This document shows positions 1 to 11,189 of a stretch of DNA of 39,290 nt, piece after piece. The translations under genes were made by a program, and so were the position numbers. Origin of the DNA: Octopus bimaculoides. Taxonomy: Eukaryota. The first letter of the stretch is position 1; the number at the start of each line of letters is the position of its first letter. Where the stretch lies: the NCBI RefSeq assembly GCF_001194135.2, contig NC_068991.1:28763922-28803211 (forward strand). Reading direction: 5' to 3'. The notes under the pieces are model-generated. The model had not been told where the DNA came from. It saw nothing but the letters and a program-made list of their open reading frames with translations, and ran no database searches.

Positions 1-228
1 GGCACATAAAAGACACCATTTCGAGCGTGGCCGTTTTCGTGCGGGTGACACGTAAAAGCACCCACTACACTCTCTGAGTGGTTGGCGTTAGGAAGGGCAT
101 CCAGCTGTAGAAACTCTGCCAAATCAGACTGGAGCCTGGTGTTGCCATCCGGTTTCACCAGTCCTCAGTCAAATCGTCCAACCCATGCTAGCATGGAAAG
201 CGGACGTTAAACGATGATGATGATGATG
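1..228 (+). mobile_element. RTE-type 3' UTR/tail fragment (truncated LINE or LINE-tailed SINE)
   Basis: cccactacactct..gttaggaagggcatccagct..ccaacccatgc.agcatggaaa..(gat)n, homologous to 16120-16300. Confidence 0.85.
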
Positions 229-809
229 TATCTTTCCAGTTTAGAATGTGCTACTGAAGTTAGTACGTGCTAGGCCTCCCCTTTGTCATATAAAAGACTA
301 ACTACAGTGAAGAACACAATGGCAGTGATTTTGAACTGTGAAGTTACCATAGTGTAAAACAATTAAACTTCACAAAAATACCAAAGGATTGATTTCATTA
401 ACGTTAAAAACCGAAAAAAAGTTATCTAAAAAGTAGATAAAATCTAATTACAATAAAAAATATCATTTGTGTTAATTTTATTTTTTAGTTTCTAATTGAA
501 TTTCCTACTTATGTGTTCCTCTTACGAAAATTGTTTATGTTGGTTCAATAATTACTTTATTCTTTGAGTGGACTTCTTTCTGAAATAAATCAAAGAACTG
601 GCATTAGAATTAGTTAATGTCTGTGATACAAATTAAAGGATTTCATTTCTGACTTTGTTTAACACACAATCAGTTTTAAATGTTTCAAGTGATCATATTT
701 TATCTTCATTAAACATGGTTTATTACTTTTAACATTTGATTTACCAAACCAACAAAGGGCTGTCTCTATACTTAGCAGAACTACTCAATATGACACATTT
801 TAACTAAGC

Positions 810-1016
810 TGCCATAAACAGCCCTTGGTTCTTTGATCCAAATTTCTTATTTTAAAATGACCTAAATTAAAATCTTCAATCAAAATTTTGTGCTAATTTA
901 TATTCCAAACACCAGCTTAATGACTTAGCTATTTTACTAAATTCTTCATTATTTTTCAAAATTAATTGAAATAAATGTCATGTATTTCAACAGAAATTTG
1001 GTAATAAAAGTGTTAA
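810..1016. mobile_element. MITE family A copy
   Basis: Shares ccaaacaccagcttaa, ctaaattcttcattatttttcaaaattaattgaaa and gtatttcaacagaaat..gtaa.aaaag.gttaa with the other copies. Confidence 0.6.
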
Positions 1017-1119
1017 TTGAATTCTTTCTCTTTAAAATAGAGACCTGGGTTTATTAAGTTTGGTTCTCAGGACAAAATACTCCATGTTTAATGCCCCTTT
1101 TTTTTTTCTTTTTTTCTTT

Positions 1120-1300
1120 CTTAGTCCACACTAAGGACTTTACTTAATTCTTTCTTCTCAAAACTGCAACCCTCTGGAACACCTACCCTTTCCATATTTT
1201 CCCTAATGATACCAACATGTAAAAGGTTCACAAACATTAACCTCACAAGCTGTCCAGAGGTCATGGCTACTGGCCCCATTTTATTGACTAAATAAATGCC
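1120..1300 (+). mobile_element. 3' end of an L2/CR1-type LINE
   Basis: SFFSKTATLWN.LP..IFP pattern followed by a short 3' UTR. Confidence 0.45.
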
Positions 1301-1487
1301 CTCTATCCAAGACTACCCACTCTGGAACCTATTTCACACATTACCCACCCAATCCTATTCTAATTACAAGAGATCAGAATAAACATCAATTGCATCAGTG
1401 ATGCTCAGTTACTTTTAACTCTTCAGTCATAATACTTCTGTTGAAATATGCTTTCTTTATTTTGATATTTTTTTGTTTTTGAAAATA

Positions 1488-1845
1488 ATCTTTTACATTG
1501 GACTGCGGTTATGTTGGGGTACCACCTTGAAGAATTTTTAGTTGAATGAATTGACCCCAGTACTTACTTTTAAGCCTGCCACTTATTCTATCGGTCTCTT
1601 TTGCCAAACTGTTAAGTTACAGGGACATAAACAAACCATCATCAGTTGTCAAGTGGCAGTGGAGGACAAACACACATAGTTATGTGTGATGGGCTTCTTT
1701 CATTTTCCACCTACCAGATCCACTTACAAGGCTTTGGTCACTCCAAGTCTATAGTAGAAGACACTTGACAAAGGTGCATCACAGTAGGAATGATCATGGA
1801 ACCATGTGGTTGAGAAGCTAACTTCTTACCACACAGCCACACCTG
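1488..1845 (-). mobile_element. tRNA-derived SINE family 1, older copy
   Basis: Colinear with 10770-11146. Confidence 0.8.
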
Positions 1846-1859
1846 AGACTAAGATAACT

Positions 1860-1983
1860 TATTACGCTGGTGTTTGGAATATAAATTAACAAGAAATTTT
1901 GATGGAATGTTTTAATTTAAATGAAAATGTTTGTGTCATAGAACCAAGGGCAGTCTCAGGTGGATTGATATTAAAAAGGTTAA
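1860..1983. mobile_element. MITE family A partial copy, opposite orientation, abutting the maT element
   Basis: gctggtgtttggaatataaattaac...catagaaccaagggc...aaaaaggttaa. Confidence 0.55.
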
Positions 1984-1988
1984 AACTA

Positions 1989-3243
1989 CAGGGTGGGGAA
2001 GCAAAACTTGGAATATTTTGGAAGCATTTTTCATATATTCCTGTGTGTAAATACTAAAATATTGTTTTCTATTTCAGGGTGGAGCTATACAGAGTTAATT
2101 TAAACAGAAGTTCTAATCATACGGTCTAGCATGTCCACTCAAAAAGCCAAGAGACAATGCATTGCAGATTTACTTTGTGCTGGGGTTGCAATTAGATGTA
2201 TTGTTAAGATTGTCGGGACCTCTGTGAGCACTGCCTACTATGTTAAGAACCAAATGCTGGATATGAGAGGCATCAAGAGAAAATAAAGAAGTGGAGGCAT
2301 AAATAAAAAACAGGATAATGCATTTCTTAAAGCTCTCAAAGCCAAAATTTCAAAAGATCCAACAACATCCATGAGAAAACTGTCCATGGACAGGAAAGTT
2401 GATCCAAAGACCATCAGAACTGCTGCACACACTGATTTACAGTTGGAGTCATATGTGAGGATCCCAGACACCTATTGACCCATGCAATGAAAGCTAGAAA
2501 GCGTGAAAGGGCCAAAAAAGTGTTGTGATACCTGAAGCAAAATGGACAGACTGTCAAAATCTTTACTGTTGATGCTATTTTAAACCATAGCAATGATCAA
2601 TACAGTGGTAAGTCATCTTCCGAAGTAAAGGCCGTCTTTAGGATCAAGCACCCAGCTCGTGTCATAGTACTCGGATTCATGGCATCTGACAGAAAAAAGA
2701 TGCCACTCCATTTTCTCAAGTCTGGGAGAAAAGGTGAAGGCGAAGTTTATTATGAAGTCCTGTGGTATAGGGTTTTGCCTTGGCTGAAGTCTAACTACCC
2801 CAATGGTAATTATGTGTGGACTCAAGATGGTGCTCCTGCTCATATGACAAAGAAAGTGCAGAAATTCTGCGAAGACAACTTCACCGACTTTTAACCTGCC
2901 AACTTCTGGCCTTCTTCCAGCCCAGACTTGAACCCCATGAACTATGCTGTATGGGGCAAATTGGAGCCCTCTACCATCAGAACTTTGCATCCAAGTGTTG
3001 ATCATCTTAAGCAAGTCTTGAGGGAAGAGTGGGACATGTCTGAATGCTTCATCATGAAGAGTTGTGATGCCTTCAGGTGGTGTGTGTAGGCTGTGGTGGA
3101 CAATGAAGATAGACATATTAAATAAATTGTCTCTTGATACCCCTATAAACTTGTGTTAAAATTATATTTGTCAGGCTGCTGGTTGTAAAATAAACAATTT
3201 GGTGAATTATTTATTATTTTCCAAGATTTGGTTCTCCACCCTG
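1989..3243 (+). mobile_element. Tc1/mariner superfamily, maT (DD37D) family, full-length but defective
   Basis: TA flanks at 1987-88 and 3244-45. TIR CAGGGTGGGGAAGCAAAACTTGGAATA vs CAGGGTGGAGAACCAAATCTTGGAAAA (23/27). QDGAPAH followed by 37 residues to the third acidic position. Confidence 0.9.
2131..3125 (+). pseudogene. maT transposase pseudogene
   Basis: ATG 2131 (MSTQKAKRQCIADLL), WTQDGAPAH, FWPSSSPDLNPMNY, ending RHIK-stop. Several internal stops; third D reads N. Confidence 0.85.
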
Positions 3244-3335
3244 TAAATTAGGAAGGATCTATAGACATCAAGGGAATTTCTCTCATGAGATTAATGTAAA
3301 ATGATGATTCCTTTTCATCCAACATAGATGTTATA

Positions 3336-3341
3336 TTTATT
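3336..3341 (-). promoter_or_regulatory. Candidate polyadenylation signal AATAAA
   Basis: Plus-strand tttatt about 56 nt downstream of the candidate stop. The hexamer is common in AT-rich DNA. Confidence 0.3.
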
Positions 3342-3396
3342 CAAAAATTTATATAAAGTGTTATAATTATGAAATTAGTTTACCTTTTAATCTCTG

Positions 3397-3424
3397 TCAC
3401 TCTATTGCTTCACTACTTCTTAGT
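3397..3424 (-). CDS. PPP1R36: Probable terminal coding exon (LRSSEAIE-stop)
   Basis: Acceptor tttctcttgcag, phase-2 entry, TGA at 3399-3397, AATAAA on the minus strand at 3341-3336. No homology support; a competing acceptor exists near 4.67-4.69 kb. Confidence 0.45.
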
Positions 3425-3699
3425 CTGCAAGAGAAAGTGCATCATTGTGTTATCCTGGGCTTCTAATCATTGGTTGGCAATAATCTACACATTAATTAAT
3501 AAAGCAAAGAGTGAAACTCAAAGTAATTGGGGTTGGTTTCTGACAAAGGGAAGAATCTAATGCATTAGAATTTTCCTTGTTTTCACAGCAAACTAATTGA
3601 GTCTATTTTTGAATTGTTTATACACATTAAGTTTCTTTTAGGAAAATGTTTTGATATGGATAACTGTATCGCCATCAGAATATTCAAGAACGTCATCAT

Positions 3700-4185
3700 T
3701 ATCGTTGCTATCATCAATCATCATTTTTACGCAGACTTTTCCATGCTTGGCATGAGCTTGAGGGATCCTTTCCAACACAGCATCTAGCTATTTGTTGTGT
3801 TCTGGCCCATGTCTGCCTTGGTCTTCTTTTCTCATTAATTCCTTCCAATTCGAACTCCTGCCAAACTTGTACCTATCTGTTATCCTCTATATGTATTATA
3901 TTTCTATAACAACACAATCTTTGTTCTTGTACACTACAGTTGGTTCCCCTTATACCCAGTTTATCTCTGAGCTCATCTGTACTATCACTTGTGCATATTA
4001 ATATTAAACATTCAATGGAACATGCTTACTTCATTTCTTTTCAACCTTCGCATATCCCTTGGGTTCAATGCCAATCTCTCATGACCATGTAGCATCACCC
4101 ATCATACACAAGTAATATAGAATGTCTACCCTTCACCTAAACTATGTATATTTACAGACATGCTATAGTATGACCCTTACCTAAG
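3700..4185 (-). mobile_element. Old RTE-like 3' fragment
   Basis: Degenerate VKGR..MLHG.E.W..DMRRLKRNEVSM on the minus strand; (CAT)n tail near 3700-3725. Confidence 0.6.
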
Positions 4186-4855
4186 TTGTTCTCACTAATA
4201 TAAATTTGAAAGTAGGTGAAAATATTTTTAATGTTTGGGATAATAAAGATATGTGGTGAAAAAATAAATATTAGTTGATGATCAAAATTATTTTACCATT
4301 GGTAGTCTAATGAGGAAGTGTCTATTTAATTGACCTTCTAGAACTGGTGGCCAAATCTCCATAAATTACACCCCACTGTCTAAAAATAAGTCATGCAGGT
4401 AATGTTGCCTAAGGAACACCATCCCAGAAAAAATGCCAGTGTGATTACGGCTGGAAAAGTGTTTCATTATAATTTATCTCCTTTTTCAAGTCTAATCCAG
4501 AGCTAAATGTCAGCAACAACAACTTTGGATGTTTCAGCCTAACTGGAATCTTCAATGTCACTTGAATTCCATCACACTTTCCACATAAGCAGTAATGATC
4601 CATTTGTGGAATAAATACAGAACTGTATATGGGCGTCCATGTATATATCAAAGTAATAATATAAAGAAAACCTAAGAAAATCCTTAAAAGACTGAGGAAT
4701 TAGGGGACTTTAGTTTGTAAACTACCCATCTTTGTGCTATATTTGATTTTTCTTTGATATTTCATATAATCAATCATTTAAAAACTTCCTTGCAACCATA
4801 AATTGTAAGGAGAAAGTTTTGGTCAAAAATATTATATCTGTTTTGAAACTCTTAC

Positions 4856-4960
4856 TTGCTCTGACTTGAATTATTAGTTTCTTCGTCCTGATCGGTTTCT
4901 GATTCAACTGGAACCAGTCCAGCAGTGAATTTATTCAGAGGTTCTCCAAGGATACCATAT
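4856..4960 (-). CDS. PPP1R36: PPP1R36-like exon (105 nt, phase 2-2; YGILGEPLNKFTAGLVPVESETDQDEETNNSSQS)
   Basis: Acceptor ttttcttcgtcttaaaag, donor AA|gtaaga. GILGEP..F matches human VGILGEPRCLF. Confidence 0.9.
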
Positions 4961-5190
4961 CTTTTAAGACGAAGAAAAAAAAATACAAAAATAACATTTA
5001 TGATTATTTATCATATTAAAACTTCTGATATTGTATAAATCAAGAATATAATGGCATAATAATACACTTGGCATGTTAATTATTGTAATAGTAAACAAGC
5101 CAGGATTTCCAAATTCATTATGTGTCATGTATTATTAAGGTTGTCACTGCAAAGTGTGCATGAAATAGCAGAGAAATATATCTTACATAC

Positions 5191-5274
5191 CTTTCAGATA
5201 AAAAGTCAGGACTGCTTTCTAAAGCCTTTACTTCGTCAAAAAACCTTTTGGCTTGAATAGCAGCATTGTTATAA
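5191..5274 (-). CDS. PPP1R36: PPP1R36-like exon (84 nt, phase 2-2; YNNAAIQAKRFFDEVKALESSPDFLSE)
   Basis: Acceptor aatatttcag, donor AG|gtatgt, open frame in phase with neighbours. Confidence 0.82.
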
Positions 5275-5730
5275 CTGAAATATTAGCGACAGAAAACTTC
5301 ACTTTTGTGAAACACATAAGAATGCTCCCACACACACATTACTGATGGTACAGCTTTAATGAAATACACACACAAACATTACTACTGATACAGCTTTAAT
5401 GGAATATGCACATACCACTGCCACCCCTATATGTACCCTGATATATGGGATCTGTCACCCTGATATCAGAATCTGTATCCTGTTCTGCCACCGCTGTTAT
5501 GATAATCTTTCTTACCCATTTATATTATCTCTGCCACCCCAATAGTACACAGTTTGCACCCATCTATGGGTGGCTTGCCACTCCTATTAACACACTGTCT
5601 GTACCCAGTTGTGTAAGGACTGCTGCTCTTTGTTATATCATTATCTGTACATAACTATCTATGGCTTGCCACCCTGTCACCATTCTACATGTACCTATTT
5701 ACGTAACAAATAAAAAGGCACATGACTTAC

Positions 5731-5823
5731 CTGCTCCAAGTTTCCTTCTTTCTCTTCTCAAAAAGCCATGCTGACTTCTCTTTAGGTTCTGGAAACACTG
5801 AGATTAAAGCCGGAGATCTTTGG
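5731..5823 (-). CDS. PPP1R36: PPP1R36-like exon (93 nt, phase 2-2; QRSPALISVFPEPKEKSAWLFEKRKKETWS)
   Basis: Acceptor gtgtttgcag, donor AG|gtaagt. Matches human RSPVMSTLLPSLREKAQNVFEKK. Confidence 0.9.
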
Positions 5824-6364
5824 CTGCAAACACATCATTGGGAAGTATTAGTGTGCATATATTTCCAAGCAGCAATTTAAGATAAATTAGCACCTTATTT
5901 TTACAAAACAGAAAACAATAAATTTAAAGGAGGTAAAGAACAGAATGTTGTCTTTTATAGCTTGCCCACCAGAAAGCAGGAAAATGTAATGCTTATAATA
6001 AGGAATTTAAAGAGACATGTTGACTTGGGCTTACAGACTGAATTTGTGAGAAAAACCTTCAGATCTGAGATGTATAGCTGTAAGATTAAAAGTTCAATCC
6101 TACTGCACAGCACCTTAGGCAAACAATTGTTTTACCATAGATTTGATTATGAGTGAAATGGGAGAGACAAAAATCTGTCATAGATTTGACTGTAAATGCT
6201 ATTGATTACATAAAAATTGTGTGGAAGATTGAGAAATTAGCCTGTCCTTGATGCTGGTTGGTAAAATTAATTTGTTGCTTAGGTGCAGACCTCCACCTGG
6301 CCCTTGGCTACTTTAAATGGAATCTTTTCTGTTAGAAACATTCAGATCAAATCTGTCTGAAGAC

Positions 6365-6745
6365 TCATCATCATCATCATCATTTAGCATCTGTTTTTCA
6401 TGCTGGCATGGGTTGGACGGTTTAACCAGAGCTGGAGAGCTGCATCAGGTTCCAGTCTGATTTGGCATGGTTTCTATACCTGGATGCCCTTCATAATGCC
6501 AACCACTTTACAATATGTACTGGGTGCTTTTAAGGTGGCACCACATGAGTGCTACTACATGGCACTGGCACAAGTGCTTTTTTACATGACACCAGCACAG
6601 GACTCTTGCAGGCCAATCCTCTTCAACAGGGGAAACAGCCTTAACACTTCTGCTGCAGAGAACAGGTCTTCTTGAGTACAGCAAGGTGTCTGGTATTTCA
6701 GTCCTTTGTCATCTCGTTTGAAAGGTTCAGTGTCCTGAGGTCATT
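6365..6745 (-). mobile_element. RTE 3' UTR fragment
   Basis: (CAT)n then tttttcatgctggcatgggttggac..tggatgcccttc.taatgccaacc. Confidence 0.8.
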
Positions 6746-7082
6746 CTAGATTATTTTTCCATTTCCTATTCCAGCCATGGCAGACCTGTGAAAACTGTCA
6801 TGATGGAGCTTCCCCACCATAAAAACAATGTTTGTGAAGTTACATTGTTAGTTTTTGGAGAAAACTTTACAACAAACATAATATTATTAATTTCTAACAA
6901 TGCTACTCATTTAGATTGACCCCAGTATGTGACTGGTCTTTCACTTAATTGACACTGATTGGGTGAAAGGCAATGTCAACCTTGGTAATCCAAAAAGCAA
7001 AGAGCCACAAAAGAAAGGTTTTAGCTAAATTTTCACAATTAAGCAAAATGAGATGGATTAAAGTAGTTATTGAAATACTCAC

Positions 7083-7112
7083 TTGATAAGAGCATTGATT
7101 GCTGGTCTTTTC
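7083..7112 (-). CDS. PPP1R36: PPP1R36-like exon (30 nt, phase 2-2; KRPAINALI)
   Basis: Acceptor cttttaattag, donor AA|gtgagt. KRPAINALINQRSP matches human KRPAIKKAINMRSP. Confidence 0.88.
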
Positions 7113-7264
7113 CTAATTAAAAGTAATAAAAATTTGTTTAAAATGACACACTTTATATATATTCATATCATTTTGTGACATGAATAAATAGGATTTCTTG
7201 CAATTATTTAGTAATTATAGTGAGGAAGATATGTATTAGCCATTTAAAAATACACAAACACTAA

Positions 7265-7493
7265 TCAAATTCCATAGCATTCAGATTACTCTGTTTAATG
7301 TCATGCTTATTTATTTACATTGTTTTGAATTAATCATTCATTTTCTTGTAACTTCAAGATCTTAGTGATGCAACTGTTTATTTTTAGAATGACATTGAAG
7401 GGTGGGTGTGAGAAGCTAAATCTGGCAGATTTGAACGTAAAACAGGTTGAATACTTGGGCCAGATATGGTCGGTTTAAATTCTAAAGGGTAAA
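7265..7493. mobile_element. TTAA-type MITE family B, degenerate
   Basis: tagcattcagattactctg...ggtttaaattctaaagggtaaa; resembles a common octopus repeat as recalled. Confidence 0.45.
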
Positions 7494-7494
7494 T

Positions 7495-7777
7495 CTTTTA
7501 CTTGTTTCAGTCATTAGACTGTGGTTATGCTGGGGCACTGCCTTGAAGAATTTTTAACCAAATGGATTGACCCCAGTACTTAATTTTCTTTTATAGAACC
7601 ACTAAGTTACGGTGATTTAAACACACCAAACCAGCTGTCAACCAGTGGTGGGGGAACAGAATCAGACAGAAAAACACACACAAATATATGTATAGGTACT
7701 GGGGTCAATTTGTTTGACTAAACCCTTTAAGGTGATGCCCCAGCATGGCTGCAGTTCAAGTAAAAGATAAAAGATAT
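7495..7777. mobile_element. Two oppositely oriented 3' fragments of SINE family 1
   Basis: gactgtggttatgctggggcac..gaccccagtac (7515-7580) and its inverse gtactggggtcaat..gccccagcatggctgcag (7696-7755). Confidence 0.65.
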
Positions 7778-7780
7778 ACA

Positions 7781-8046
7781 TAAATTCCTGAATGACAAGG
7801 TAACAAGAATTACACAATCAACTGCAGCTGTTCCTGCTATAAAAAGCAGTGCACTCAGAGCTGAGTGCTTGTGTATGATCTTATAGCTTCCTTGAAGTTA
7901 TTAAAAAATATTTAATGGCTCCAAGGAAGCTTATAAGATTTTGCACAAACACTCAGTTCTGAGTACCATGCTTCTTATAGCAGAAACAGCTGCAAGCTAA
8001 CACATTTGATTGTGTAATTCCAGTTATCATGTCATTCAGTAATTTA
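7781..8046. repeat. Older foldback element with about 125-135-bp arms
   Basis: taaattcctgaatgaca..aattacacaatcaa..cagctgtt.ctgctataa..ctcaga.ctgagtg..cttata.gcttccttg mirrored across about 7908; 11-bp indel between arms. Confidence 0.85.
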
Positions 8047-8627
8047 TATTACATACTAATGCTTTATTTTGAAGCATATGTATATTGAGTTTTAAACAAC
8101 TAGTTATTAACATTGCTATGCCTAATTGAAATCATAATGTATGTGTGCTTGTATGTATGCATGTGATGCATGTTTTTGTTAAAGCATGTCTCTAGAGGAA
8201 GGTTACTGTGATATAAAATCAGGTATGTGGGGAATGGCATTTAACATTTTGGAGATTCTTTACTGGTGTTTGAGATCATAGTGCTCCTACATTTATGAGT
8301 CTGCAACCCACACAGGCACTGGATATCTTGCCCTGGCTTGCCTCTGGATCATGTGAGTAGAGCGGAAAAGCTCTGTGAGTATGGTGAGGTGTTGTGCAAG
8401 CCTTATTGGACCTAAAATTTTAGGTTGTGCAATCACCAGAAAGGTAACTATCCAATGCCCTGTTGAGTAGGAGGGTGCCACAGCAAGCATGGAAGCTGCA
8501 GATACATACCTGGACGAAGCAGACAGCTCGTGTGATAACCTTATGCACAGGCATTCCTGGCATTTTGTATGAGCAATGGTCAGTGATGGTCTTCCTTGGT
8601 GACGAGTAGACAGCCATCATCATCACC

Positions 8628-9846
8628 ATGTATATATCATCATTTTAACATCTGTTGTCCATGCTAGCATAGGTTGGATGATTTGACCAGGGCTGGTACG
8701 CTGAGGGGCTGCACCAGACTCCAGTCTTATTTGACATGGTTTCTATGGTTGGATGCCTTTCCTAATGCCAACCACTCCGAGAGTGTAATGGATGCTTTTA
8801 TATTCCACCAGCATGGGGGCCACTAGTATGACACCAGTATCATGGCATATTGCTGAGGGTCTTGGTCATTTGTCATTGCCTCTATGAGGCCCAATGCTTG
8901 AAAGGTGCTTTTTACGTGCCACTGGCACAGGTCTAGTTACACAACACCAGCATCAGCCATATTGCCTTAGTGAGGCCCAATGCTTGAAAGGTGTTTTTCA
9001 TGTGCCACTGGTACGGGTGCCAATTATGTGACACCGACATCAGCCACGGCTATAATTTCACTTGGCCTGTCAGGTCTTCTCAAGCACAGCATATCACCAA
9101 AAGCCTCGGTCACTAGTCATTGCCTCCATGAGGTCCAACACTCAAAAGATCATGCTTCACCACCTCATCCCATGTCTTCCTGGGTTTACTTCTTCTACAG
9201 ATTCCCTCCACAGTTAGAGATCAGCACTTCTTTACACAGCTGACCTCATCCATATGCATCATCTGACCATACCAGTGCAGTCATCTCTCTTGCACATCTC
9301 ATCTGATGCTTTTATGTCCAACTTTTCTTTCAAGATGCTTACACTCTGTTGTACATACACACTGACATTGCACATCCAGCAAAGCATGTTAGCTTCATTT
9401 CTTTTGGGCCTACGCATGTCCTTGGTGGTCACAGCCCATGTTTCACTGCTGAGTAACAAAGCTATTCACACACAGACATCATACAGACTGTCTTTCATCT
9501 GAGGGAGAGGCCTTTGTTACCAACAGAGGAAGGTGCTCTCTGAACTTTGCTCAGCCTATTCTTATTTTTGCAGCTACACTCTTGGGACATCCACCTCCTC
9601 TACGGACTTAGTCAGTAGAGTGCCTTATGCCACTGGTATTTGATGGAGTATATTTTCTGTACATTTTTAGTGTTTATTGTACTTGTGCACCTTCTACACA
9701 CAAAAGCCATTTTCCCAGTTAACCTTACTTTGATATTGCTGCACCTCTCATGTGTCCATAGCTTGCACCAGGTACATCTTATGGAATTTCCACTTATGTC
9801 TTTCCTACAAATTGAGCAGGGCCATCTACTGGAAGGTATCTGTGAT
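8628..9846 (-). mobile_element. RTE LINE 3' portion, same family as 12996-16312
   Basis: SETWAVTTKDMRRPKRNEANMLCWMCNV and the PHD-like CSIC..CTWC..HERC..CRRC; 3' UTR ending in the catgctagcat/gatgat tail. Confidence 0.9.
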
Positions 9847-10087
9847 TTGCCTGCAAGATCAATATATGATTTGCCTGCAAGATCAATATATGATTTGCCT
9901 GCAAGATCAATATATGATTTGCCTGCAAGATCAATATATGATTTGCCTGCAAGATCAATATATGATTTGCCTGCAAGATCAATATATGATTTGCCTGCAA
10001 GATCAATATATGATTTGCCTGCAAGATCAATATATGATTTGCCTGCAAGATCAATATATGATTTTCCTGCAAGATCAATATATGATT
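9844..10087. repeat. 24-bp minisatellite, 10 nearly identical copies
   Basis: (gatttgcctgcaagatcaatatat)x10; one substitution in the last unit. Confidence 0.95.
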
Positions 10088-10313
10088 GCATATTCCTTAT
10101 TACACAGTATTTTATCATAATTACTCTACATTATATACAATTAAGGTGCACAAAACGATATATAGAACATACACACTGTTTTTATTTACTTGTTTAGTTT
10201 CAATTCTATTGCAAATTTTTAAAAAATAACAACTATGGCTACTTTGCTAAGTTATTTCACTTCCAGTCACAATAATGTATTATATGATTTTAAAGTTACC
10301 TCTACAAAACACT

Positions 10314-10351
<38 letters not shown>

Positions 10352-10611
10352 ATCACTCAGTTCCACACACCACAGGACACCATAGTTAGTGGAAGTGGTT
10401 ATCTATTATTTCACTCAGTCCTCCTCCTTCTCTCTCACTCTCACACTCCTTGGCAGAACTTGAACCCAGAATAATAAAGATGAACGAAATGCTGCAAGGC
10501 ATGTTAATGATTCTGCCAGGTTGCCACCTTAACTTCCTGGATTTATTAACAACAAAATGTTAATCAAATTATGAAAATTAACTATATTAATCTAATTTAA
10601 TAATTACTTAC

Positions 10612-10672
10612 AATTTTCTTTCTATTTTCACAGATTCAAAATATGGTACGTCCTCTTTTATAGAAAACTGGG
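10612..10672 (-). CDS. PPP1R36: PPP1R36-like exon (61 nt, phase 1-2; QFSIKEDVPYFESVKIERK)
   Basis: Acceptor gtatttttatag, donor TT|gtaagt. Single open frame bridging the phases of its neighbours. Confidence 0.8.
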
Positions 10673-10769
10673 CTATAAAAATACACATTAAAATGAACTT
10701 CTGATAATTATCACTTNNNNNNNNNNGATTAACTATTTAAAAATTTATTGGAAAAACAGAATGTCACAG

Positions 10770-11146
10770 GCCTTTGTTCTTTTACTTGTTTTAGTCATTT
10801 GACTGTGGCCATGCTAGAGCACCACCTTTAGTCAAACAAATTGACCCCAGTACTTATTCTATCAGGCTCTTTTGCCAAACCACTAAGTTATGGGGACATA
10901 CACACACCAGCATCAGTTGTCAAGCGATGATAGGGGGACAAACACAGACACACAAGCTGACACACACACACATACATATATATGATGGGCTTCTTTCAGT
11001 TTCCATCTACCAAATCCACTCACAAGGCTTTGGTCGGCCTGAGGCTATGGTAGAAAACACTTGCCCAAGGTGCCACGCAGTGGGACTGAACCCAGAACCA
11101 TGTGGTTGGTGGGCAAGCTACTTACCACACAGCCACTCCTACGCCT
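10770..11146 (-). mobile_element. tRNA-derived SINE family 1, near full length
   Basis: Head TGGCTGTGTGG (A box) and GGTTCAGTCCC (B box); body gggcaagtg..gaccaaagccttgtgagtggatttggtag; internal TG tract. Confidence 0.85.
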
Positions 11147-11189
11147 GAGGAAGAAATCTTCCTATAGAGTGTATTTTTTGTGTTAGTGC

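Noticed and set aside
150-175. CTGAGGA...GAAAC on the minus strand in the RTE tail
   Set aside because: No stem II and no NUH/stem I. Other CTGANGA hits (14742, 18645, 19075, 36583) lie in TE coding sequence with no matching GAAA.
4520-4610. MDHYC as a DHHC palmitoyltransferase motif
   Set aside because: The surrounding Cys-rich domain pattern is absent.
6035-6077. 43-nt AG/GT-bounded open segment (IHLRSEGFSHKFS)
   Set aside because: Phase 1-2. The 30-nt exon joins the 93-nt exon directly and gives the conserved KRPAI..INQRSP; including this segment breaks the frame.
6136-6189. 54-nt candidate exon (KSMTDFCLSHFTHNQIY)
   Set aside because: Wrong phase for the chain, weak donor, and would need a 58-nt intron.
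9640-10197. Repeat-protein ORFs (DLPARSIY, MICLQDQY, ILILQANH)
   Set aside because: Alternative frames of the 24-bp array, which has no stops in these frames.
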